Source of the DNA: a virus
Taxonomy: Duplodnaviria > Caudoviricetes
Length of the DNA stretch: 64,000 nucleotides
Virus record (IMG/VR): IMGVR_UViG_3300020477_000013
Location: 128,001 to 192,000 of that record
Direction: 5' to 3' (one strand)
In this document: positions 29,414-36,432 of the stretch, piece by piece
Position numbering within the stretch: the stretch's first letter is position 1
Layout: every line of letters starts with the position of its first letter
Made by a program: the position numbers and the translations under genes
Notes under the pieces: model-generated
The model's database searches: none
Seen by the model: the letters and a program-made list of their open reading frames with translations, nothing else
Told to the model about the DNA's origin: nothing

Positions 29414-29995
29414 ATGATAGTTACAAAGAGACAATTGAGAAGAATAATCAAGGAAGAAGCACGCCGTCTAATGGAGGACAGCATTGACAGTGAGCTTGAT
29501 CACCTTAAGAAAAATGTGCATGATGATATTGAGCACATTCGTGATCTAAAAGATGACATTAGGGATGATCATGAAGAAGAGCTTCGTGCGGAGAAGGCAC
29601 GCAAGGATGAGTCGCGCCGGAGGACAAAGTCTAAGCTACGCAGGATTGTTCGTCGTACTATCAACGAAGAGCATGCAGACTGGGGCATGGGAAAAGATGA
29701 AGATTCACGTACACACCATGGCGAAAAAGATTATACAGGCCATAAGGGTGATCATTCAAAGACTCATCCAGGTGAATTAGACTATGAAGATGATGCAGCT
29801 GGAAGAGCACATGATGCAATTGCTGCTATTCATGACCTGGCATCTGCAGCAGGCGTTGAGCTTGATGTTACGGCCGGGGATGCTCTTGACAGTGAGGATG
29901 CAACGATCATCGCTATGGAAGGCAGGCTCCGCCGACAGGCACTAAAGAAGCGTATTAAAAGATTGACGAGGGATGCGATCCGCCGAGGACTATAA
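29414..29995 (+). CDS. Leader-family protein; His/Asp-rich, with extra internal basic helices
   Basis: MIVTKRQLRRIIKEEARRLME; GGGAGG RBS. Confidence 0.85.
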   Translation: MIVTKRQLRRIIKEEARRLMEDSIDSELDHLKKNVHDDIEHIRDLKDDIRDDHEEELRAEKARKDESRRRTKSKLRRIVRRTINEEHADWGMGKDEDSRTHHGEKDYTGHKGDHSKTHPGELDYEDDAAGRAHDAIAAIHDLASAAGVELDVTAGDALDSEDATIIAMEGRLRRQALKKRIKRLTRDAIRRGL

Positions 29996-29996
29996 G

Positions 29997-30239
29997 ATGA
30001 AAATCTCAAAACGACAACTAAGAAGAATTATCAAAGAAGAGAAGGCCAAGTTACTAAAAGAGGCACCGACTCCTGAATTTGGTATATTCGATCAGTATTA
30101 CCTAGCTGATCTACTGATGGAAGAGGTCGAAAGTTTTATGGACCAGACAGGGGTGGATAGCTTCGGGCCGGCCGAGGTCGAGGATATGCGTAATGCAGTC
30201 ATGGCGGCACTTGATACGATTGTGAAACAGGTGAGCTAA
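29997..30239 (+). CDS. Leader-family protein
   Basis: Start 29997; MKISKRQLRRIIKEEKAKLLKE. Confidence 0.85.
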   Translation: MKISKRQLRRIIKEEKAKLLKEAPTPEFGIFDQYYLADLLMEEVESFMDQTGVDSFGPAEVEDMRNAVMAALDTIVKQVS

Positions 30240-30259
30240 ACCTAAGTGAGGTTAAAATT

Positions 30260-30652
30260 ATGAGAATTTCAAAACAACAATTAAGAAGAATCATCAAAGA
30301 AGAGCGCATGCGAATTCTTTATGAGGAAGTTGAAGAGATGGAGATCAAGGTAGACACTAATGAACACCACTGGCCTCGTGTAGAGTGGTCGAACATTGGT
30401 GAGCTTACCGATAAGTGGGCAGACCAAGAGAGAAATGCTTGGGATAAAGGTGATACGTCTATGCTTCCGGAGAAGCCGGAAGACGTCAGCATATCCGCAT
30501 GGGAAGCAGAGCATAAGGCTGCTTGGGAAGACCAGGTAGAAAATGCTGCATTAGATTTAGAGGCGGAGTTAACCACACGGATCCGCAGGCTAGCTCTTAA
30601 AACGATGCAGGAATTTACTGATTCGCTGATAGCGGGTGATTATTCTGCCTAG
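30260..30652 (+). CDS. Leader-family protein
   Basis: MRISKQQLRRIIKEERMRILYE. Confidence 0.85.
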   Translation: MRISKQQLRRIIKEERMRILYEEVEEMEIKVDTNEHHWPRVEWSNIGELTDKWADQERNAWDKGDTSMLPEKPEDVSISAWEAEHKAAWEDQVENAALDLEAELTTRIRRLALKTMQEFTDSLIAGDYSA

Positions 30653-30660
30653 TTTGGTAA

Positions 30661-31506
30661 ATGGGGGTGAAGCAGATGCCTAAAGACAACCACAAGAAAT
30701 TTCTATCAGAACTTAAGGACTTATCACCGACAGAGCGCCGTGTTGCTTTAAAACTAGCACGCTCATCACGTCCTTCAGCGCGAAGGTATATAAGGCTTGT
30801 CTTAGAGAATAAGAAATCCTACAGCAAAGCCGGTACGGGTAGTATGTCTGCTAAGGAGGGTGATTCTCGGCACTCCGCCAAAAGAAAAGGGGATTATTTT
30901 CAAGCTAATGTCATCGCTGAGGGAATTTTTGGGTGGTCTGGCGAAAAGATAATGAAGAAGATTGTTGGTAGGAATTATGCACCCCCTATCCGAGTAGATG
31001 CTGCTGCAAAAAATCTCGAGGTTGCGCTTGGGCAGTATGCGACGTCTTATGCGAGGAAGGCTACGCCTCGCCGTGTATCTCCTGATGAATTTGCTCAAGA
31101 AGCAAAGGCAGGTTTAGCTAAGGGCCTGCGGCTATGTACTTCATTTGCAAGGCACGTTGCTACTTCTTTAGACGCTAAAACTGAACCTGCTCAAATCAAG
31201 AGGGAATCTACGGATATTCGGGAAAAAATTCTGCGTGCAAAGATTAGGGAGCTTCTTGTAAAAGAGCAAGTTGTTGGGTATACGGCGCCGCAAGAAAAAA
31301 AGTCTGATGGTGGGGGATACTTGAGCGTAGGTGACATGGGTGTTGATACAACACTCGGTGATGATTCAACGGACGAAGATCAGGCATCAGCTAACCAGGT
31401 AAGAAAGCTAACACAGCAACGCCAACAAGATTTAGATTCTGGTGATACAGTTGATGCAGAAAATGTGGGTCAACAGCTTGGCATGGCCAGGAAGATGAGA
31501 GGGTAA
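30661..31506 (+). CDS. Hypothetical protein with internal helix motif
   Basis: IREKILRAKIRELLVKE; start may be ATG 30676. Confidence 0.65.
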   Translation: MGVKQMPKDNHKKFLSELKDLSPTERRVALKLARSSRPSARRYIRLVLENKKSYSKAGTGSMSAKEGDSRHSAKRKGDYFQANVIAEGIFGWSGEKIMKKIVGRNYAPPIRVDAAAKNLEVALGQYATSYARKATPRRVSPDEFAQEAKAGLAKGLRLCTSFARHVATSLDAKTEPAQIKRESTDIREKILRAKIRELLVKEQVVGYTAPQEKKSDGGGYLSVGDMGVDTTLGDDSTDEDQASANQVRKLTQQRQQDLDSGDTVDAENVGQQLGMARKMRG

Positions 31507-31507
31507 A

Positions 31508-32149
31508 ATGAGGGTCACACGAAAGCAACTAAGAAGAATTATTAGAGAAACATGGGCCGATGATGATAGAGATTTCTCTGCACCCCCAGGCGAAGAAGAC
31601 TACTACGCTCCCGGTGGAGAAGGTGAGCAGGTTACGGATACACAGCTCAAAAGAGGCTGGGGTTCATGGCTAGAAGAAAGAGGCCTGGAATTTGAAGACT
31701 TGGACGATCTCGCCCTCGCGGCCGGCGCACCTAACAGGACATGGCTAGATTCCATCCCTCCGCATGATGGTTTCATCGGCCCGTTGGATGTTGGGGTGTG
31801 GGTAAAAGATATACAGGCTGCTAAGGAAATATTGTCAACAAGAGCAGGAGACTACAGTTCGTCGCCACATGGTAAGAAGATGAATGAAGGCGTTGACCCC
31901 CGAGGCCTTAAGACATATCTCAAAAGCCTGGGGGTCAAGCGAAGCTTCGGCAACTTGACCGATGTTCTATCAACAGTGTTTAACGAATTCGAGGGTGATG
32001 CTGTAGACATGAAGGAAGAGGTTGAGATCGTTAATGGCATACGTGATGATAACGGGCAGGCGATCAATTGGCCCATTGAAGTCTACCAAGACATCTACGG
32101 GCTATATAAAAAGCACCGGCGGGGATTCCGCGCTCAAAGGAGATGGTAG
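31508..32149 (+). CDS. Leader-family protein
   Basis: MRVTRKQLRRIIRETW. Confidence 0.85.
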   Translation: MRVTRKQLRRIIRETWADDDRDFSAPPGEEDYYAPGGEGEQVTDTQLKRGWGSWLEERGLEFEDLDDLALAAGAPNRTWLDSIPPHDGFIGPLDVGVWVKDIQAAKEILSTRAGDYSSSPHGKKMNEGVDPRGLKTYLKSLGVKRSFGNLTDVLSTVFNEFEGDAVDMKEEVEIVNGIRDDNGQAINWPIEVYQDIYGLYKKHRRGFRAQRRW

Positions 32150-32151
32150 TA

Positions 32152-32586
32152 ATGAAGATATCTAAAAAAAAGATTCAACAAATCGTAGCTGAAAATATAT
32201 TTGATTTGTTTATCGCACCAAAAAAAGTACATACGATGAAAATTTCCCAGCGGCAATTAAAAAGAATGATAAAAGAAGAGAAGGCAAAGCTCAAAGAAGC
32301 CGGCCCAAATTATCCCAAGCATGCATTTCCAGAGAAGACGCCGGCCAAACAAGGCGCTGCTATGACAACCTCTGGAGACCCACAGTCATACCATGACTTA
32401 GCGACACGCATGGATAAGATTACTTTATTGATTGAAGATCTTTCTATGGACTACGTCGATAGTGGCTGGTTGAAGGGAGGTGATCATGCTTCTTTGGCTA
32501 ATGATTTAGATAATCTCTTCTCTAACTCAGATAGGCTAGCTATGGCGGTTATGGGATTAGCACGATCAATGGGAGATATAGAGTGA
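32152..32586 (+). CDS. Leader-family protein with two tandem leaders (32152 and 32236)
   Basis: MKISKKKIQQIVAEN...MKISQRQLKRMIKEEKAKLKE. Confidence 0.8.
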   Translation: MKISKKKIQQIVAENIFDLFIAPKKVHTMKISQRQLKRMIKEEKAKLKEAGPNYPKHAFPEKTPAKQGAAMTTSGDPQSYHDLATRMDKITLLIEDLSMDYVDSGWLKGGDHASLANDLDNLFSNSDRLAMAVMGLARSMGDIE

Positions 32587-32921
32587 GAATCACCCGCAGG
32601 CAACTAGGAATAATTATCCGGGAAGAGATAGAGAAGTCGGCCCCCTTTGGAAGTGGCATGGAGCAGGCTGATCTCGACCCTGAAGAGAAAGAACTGATTG
32701 GGCACACATGACTGACACATGCCAAGCTGAAGTCTTCAGCTTTACAGGAATCTTACGGGATACGAGGGAATATGGCAGGAAAGGTTGTTTGGCACTCTTT
32801 AAAGAAGGACGGGTCAATCACTAAATATGATATAAGGTTCGGGGGTAAGATCCTTAGGGGGATTCCTGCTGCCCTTGTGGAGTCAATTAAAGAAGTACAA
32901 CATGAACATGAGGAGAGATAA
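32583..32921 (+). CDS. Leader-family protein with in-frame UGA (codon 43); candidate selenoprotein, 112 aa
   Basis: GTG start MRITRRQLGIIIREEIE; TGA at 32709-32711; frame open to TAA 32919-32921; 8-bp hairpin 12 nt after the TGA. Confidence 0.6.
32724..32742 (+). promoter_or_regulatory. Candidate bacterial SECIS apical stem-loop
   Basis: AAGCTGAA-GTC-TTCAGCTT perfect stem; loop starts GU, 21 nt after the UGA. Confidence 0.5.
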
Positions 32922-32922
32922 G

Positions 32923-33168
32923 TTGAAAATTTCAAAAAAACAACTAAGAAGAATTATAAAGGAAGAATTCGACAATATGCTGAGTGAGCCGACTCCGGAG
33001 GATGTTGTGCCGGTAGAGGATGCATGGGCAGGTGGGGAAGATTTGGTGATGCCGATAGACCACTCAGAGGCCGGCGGGTCTGAACCTGTAACTAGTTTTC
33101 CAGAGACGCTAGACATTGTCGACTCGATAACCGAAAGGGTAATGAGAAGATTAAGAGGGAATAGGTGA
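32923..33168 (+). CDS. Leader-family protein
   Basis: TTG start with GAGGAGA RBS; (M)KISKKQLRRIIKEEFDNMLSE. Confidence 0.8.
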   Translation: MKISKKQLRRIIKEEFDNMLSEPTPEDVVPVEDAWAGGEDLVMPIDHSEAGGSEPVTSFPETLDIVDSITERVMRRLRGNR

Positions 33169-33845
33169 GATATAAATTATCAGAATCATCTCTTCGTTAC
33201 ATTATTCGAAATCTATTAATAGAGAAGAGGTGGGTGGATCTTGGCGCAAAAAAAGGCGTTGTCATCGATCTCCACCCTTCTGATTTTGAGGATGAGGAGT
33301 GCCTTGAAGAACCATGTCCTGAGGGTGTCCGCGATTTAGATGATGAGATATTTGACCTGATTCAGAACGCATACAGGGATGTTGAGTTGGAACCTGGCAA
33401 GTTTGGAAATGCAAAAGTTAGGTCTCCCTCTGATTTACCTGGTGGGTATACTATAATGCAGGCCGCTGATTTAGATGATGATCCTGATCCGGATTTTTTT
33501 CGTGGTGGAAAGATGAGGGGTGGAAGGTACAAGCTAGGGATTGTGGGCCACGATGGTTCACAGGCTGCTATCGATAAATATCTTGAAGAAACAGCTAGCC
33601 AGCTAATGTCAGGGGCAATGGCTGAAATGTCTGGTAAGATAGCACATATCATGATTACAAGGTATGGTGTACCGGCAGTTACTTCCCATGCTGCTGTACA
33701 GTCAATGCTAGGTAAGGATGTATCATGGGTGGGACGCCATCCGGATGATCACTACGCCGACCGCTATGGTCCTGAGTACGAGGGATTTTATGATCGTGTT
33801 ATTGGGGGTAAGTCCCATATGAAAATTTTATTAGGGGGCACTTGA
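33165..33845 (+). CDS. Hypothetical protein with divergent leader
   Basis: MRYKLSESSLRYIIRNLLIE. Confidence 0.7.
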   Translation: MRYKLSESSLRYIIRNLLIEKRWVDLGAKKGVVIDLHPSDFEDEECLEEPCPEGVRDLDDEIFDLIQNAYRDVELEPGKFGNAKVRSPSDLPGGYTIMQAADLDDDPDPDFFRGGKMRGGRYKLGIVGHDGSQAAIDKYLEETASQLMSGAMAEMSGKIAHIMITRYGVPAVTSHAAVQSMLGKDVSWVGRHPDDHYADRYGPEYEGFYDRVIGGKSHMKILLGGT

Positions 33846-33909
33846 TTTTTTAATTAACTAGTATACTTATTCACGTAGAATTTTGCCTTTTACGAGAGGA
33901 GCCTATGTG

Positions 33910-34182
33910 ATGAAGAGATATCTATCTTTATTTTACTGGTTATTATTACTAGGTTTTTTGATGATGTTCCTGGTTGCTCTTGACTCCGCGGTTGTTAGGG
34001 CCGCGCAACCAAAAAGCAAATTTTACGATTTCAGTGAGCAATTAATAGACGGCGAAATTAAAAAGCCCACAACCCTTTATACAGATGCTCGAGAAAGTGT
34101 AAGATTTGATAGGTTACTTAAGTTAAAGAAGTCGTTTATCCCCGATCTCCTTGATACTGCCAAGGAGAGGGTATTTAAGTAA
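33910..34182 (+). CDS. CglF/GltF-like exported protein (myxobacterial gliding-motility family)
   Basis: Signal peptide, then FYDFSEQLIDGEIKKP...FDRLLKLKKSFIPDL; matches the recalled DF...IxGxLxKP...F..LIxxRxxFxPEL pattern. Confidence 0.55.
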   Translation: MKRYLSLFYWLLLLGFLMMFLVALDSAVVRAAQPKSKFYDFSEQLIDGEIKKPTTLYTDARESVRFDRLLKLKKSFIPDLLDTAKERVFK

Positions 34183-34191
34183 TGTGATGAG

Positions 34192-34482
34192 ATGGAAAAA
34201 AGGGATGATGAAAATCGCGCCGACCAAGCTATAAAGAAAATCGATTCTTTATTAAGCCGCATAGGGTCTGGTACAATTCCATCCGGAATGTACGTTGAGA
34301 ATTCGTTAAACGAAATTAGGGATGTAATTATAGAGTTGCAACATGAGAATGAATCGTTGTGGTTTATGCTAGATGAAATACGCGACTCTGACATTGAAGA
34401 GCATTCTGATACATTGAATAAGGCTCTAGAGCAAATTAAGCTGGAGTCTTTAATGAAAAATATGAAACCCGTAGAAGCATGA
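34192..34482 (+). CDS. Hypothetical protein
   Basis: ORF track. Confidence 0.6.
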   Translation: MEKRDDENRADQAIKKIDSLLSRIGSGTIPSGMYVENSLNEIRDVIIELQHENESLWFMLDEIRDSDIEEHSDTLNKALEQIKLESLMKNMKPVEA

Positions 34483-34492
34483 GGGGCTTTAG

Positions 34493-34690
34493 ATGTTGAG
34501 AGTGGGAAACCGTGTTTCTCCCTTTTTCGATATGGGAAAAAAGGGAACCATAATAGACATGATACAAACTAGTCACCAGACATGGATGGTCGATGGCTCT
34601 GCTAGCCACTCATGGGTCATTAGGGTGAAATTTGACAATGGTGATATATTTGAATATTCACCAGGCGACCTCATGCCGATAGACGACTAA
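34493..34690 (+). CDS. Small SH3-like protein
   Basis: MLRVGNRV...GTII...IRVKFDNG. Confidence 0.55.
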   Translation: MLRVGNRVSPFFDMGKKGTIIDMIQTSHQTWMVDGSASHSWVIRVKFDNGDIFEYSPGDLMPIDD

Positions 34691-34702
34691 GCAGAAATAG
34701 AA

Positions 34703-35371
34703 TTGAATAAATTTAGACTGGTATTTTTTATATCACTTACCTTTGTGCTACTTCAATATCCAGAAGGCCATGCACATAAGGGTGATTATATGAATCGTGA
34801 TATGTCATGTGACCATGGTCCTGGAGATGAAATCTCATATGAAGAAATTCGCCGTATAGCCATTCACGGATGTCCACTTCGAAAATCAAGTAGCGTGAAT
34901 ATTGAGCTTATAGATAAGTTGATTTCTATTGAGAAGAAGTTCGGCTTACCGTCCTCGGTACGAGGCCTTCTACTATCTGCAGCATGTTCAGAGTCCGGCT
35001 ACAACCCCAAGGCCCGTGGTGATTATAGAAAGAGCAAAAAGACAAAAAGAAAGATCGCCAAGGCCCACGGTCTACTGCAGTTTTGGCCATGGGCTAAGAA
35101 GTATATAGATAGAGATGACCCCGTCCAGTCTGCTGATTTCTGGCTTAAACGAATTAAGAGACAAATTCCATTCGTTAAAAAGAGATGCAAGTTTAAGAAT
35201 AAGAGGAAGATCTGGTTTGCATCACATGTCACAGCCGTACGTGCTCCAAAGAAAACGGGGAGGTGTTATGAGTCAAGCCGGCACCACAGGTTACTGAAGG
35301 GATGGCACCGATCGATTATCAGGGACCGTAAAGCATGCCATGACAGAATGTTGAATAATAATGGGTGCTGA
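34703..35371 (+). CDS. Lytic transglycosylase (SLT)-like protein with signal/anchor; possible lysin
   Basis: LLSAACSESGYNPKARGD (catalytic Glu motif), AHGLLQF. Confidence 0.6.
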   Translation: MNKFRLVFFISLTFVLLQYPEGHAHKGDYMNRDMSCDHGPGDEISYEEIRRIAIHGCPLRKSSSVNIELIDKLISIEKKFGLPSSVRGLLLSAACSESGYNPKARGDYRKSKKTKRKIAKAHGLLQFWPWAKKYIDRDDPVQSADFWLKRIKRQIPFVKKRCKFKNKRKIWFASHVTAVRAPKKTGRCYESSRHHRLLKGWHRSIIRDRKACHDRMLNNNGC

Positions 35372-35711
35372 GGATACAATGGGGGGTTACTGTAACGTGT
35401 TAAGGGCACATGAGGATTATCTTCTTAAGTCAAAGGAAGCTGCTTTGGAGCTTAAGTCGTATCTAACTAAGCTGCATATGTCTTTAGAGAAAGACATTGC
35501 TAAGCGGAAAGAGCTTCTAGACTTTAGCGAAGGAGAAGCTGTATGCTCACCTGAAGAGATTAAAAAAGAGAAAGAGGAAATAGCATTTCTTGAATCCATA
35601 TGCCATGAGCAGTTATACAGGCAACTTACAAGGTGGATCAAGTTTCAGGAGAAAATAAAAGATGGACCACCAAGAAAAAAAAGAAAGCGCGGCCGTAATA
35701 GATCTCGTTAA
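35361..35711 (+). CDS. Hypothetical protein
   Basis: ORF track. Confidence 0.5.
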   Translation: MGAEDTMGGYCNVLRAHEDYLLKSKEAALELKSYLTKLHMSLEKDIAKRKELLDFSEGEAVCSPEEIKKEKEEIAFLESICHEQLYRQLTRWIKFQEKIKDGPPRKKRKRGRNRSR

Positions 35712-36015
35712 GTATAAGATAGAAAAATATATAAAATTTTTACCTCCGGGAAGTACTGAGAGGAAGATTAACGAAAAGATTTTGGAGTTATATGAGGATG
35801 GAAAAGTTACCGTATACTGGTCTGATGAGGACCTCTGGGTAGCAATGACTGATGGTTCACCTGTTTCACCCGAGCTCCTAGGGTTACCTGAGACAGGTGA
35901 TGATGAAGTTGAGATTATATACCGGGACCTATCTTATGACGATTTTCCGGAGATAGAATTTACCCCCGATTTCGGTTCTTCTGACGATGGGGATGACGAG
36001 CCGATTGATGAGTGA
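35662..36015 (+). CDS. Acidic hypothetical protein
   Basis: ORF track; overlaps the previous ORF, start uncertain. Confidence 0.5.
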   Translation: MDHQEKKESAAVIDLVKYKIEKYIKFLPPGSTERKINEKILELYEDGKVTVYWSDEDLWVAMTDGSPVSPELLGLPETGDDEVEIIYRDLSYDDFPEIEFTPDFGSSDDGDDEPIDE

Positions 36016-36432
36016 TTTATTGAAGTTGGTAACACTTACATTTTGTGGTGTTATACTGGTTCAGGTGGTATGTATATTTTCTTTTTTTGTTAGTTTTCTG
36101 CTTATTGCATGGGCAGTATCAGGGCTATGATATACAGGGTGAAGTAGTATGATAAAAAATATTAAGCATATGACATTTAAGAGCACTGATGGATCTCTTA
36201 ATACGTTTGGGTTTGTTACGCTAATTGTTGCGTCGATAGTGGGAGCGCTGTCGCCTTTTTTACTATCATTATTTTTTAATTAAACACAGCTCTTCTGTGC
36301 ATTAGATTTAATGATATTGATGTACAGTACAAAATAATGCCCGTATCGTTCAAGGGCATTGCAAATAGATTTAGGTGAAACGATAGTCGCGATACATTTT
36401 CTTAGTAACTTTTTTATTTTATAGGAGCTGAT

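Noticed and set aside
32708-32824. 38-aa alternative-frame ORF starting at the ATGA overlap after the UGA
   Set aside because: No recognisable features, and it leaves a 98-nt gap, whereas the read-through frame fills the interval exactly. Disfavoured but not formally excluded.
22298-32875. N-terminally extended starts in the ORF track (22298, 22521, 22879, 24561, 24916, 26842, 27356, 27595, 28730, 29973, 32143, 32875)
   Set aside because: They overlap the upstream gene; the true starts are the leader ATG/TTG at the stop-start junctions.
21444-33168. Regularly recurring ~50-nt repeat could be a CRISPR array
   Set aside because: Repeats are in-frame coding starts with synonymous variation, 'spacers' are 200-1000 nt open reading frames, and no cas genes are present.
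21444-33168. Integron, shufflon or diversity-generating retroelement
   Set aside because: No integrase, recombinase or reverse transcriptase in the window, no attC-like palindromes at junctions, and no template/variable repeat pair differing at adenines.
36330-36432. Riboswitch upstream of pckA (AATGCCC...GGGCATT hairpin)
   Set aside because: Only one short hairpin and no recognisable aptamer core.
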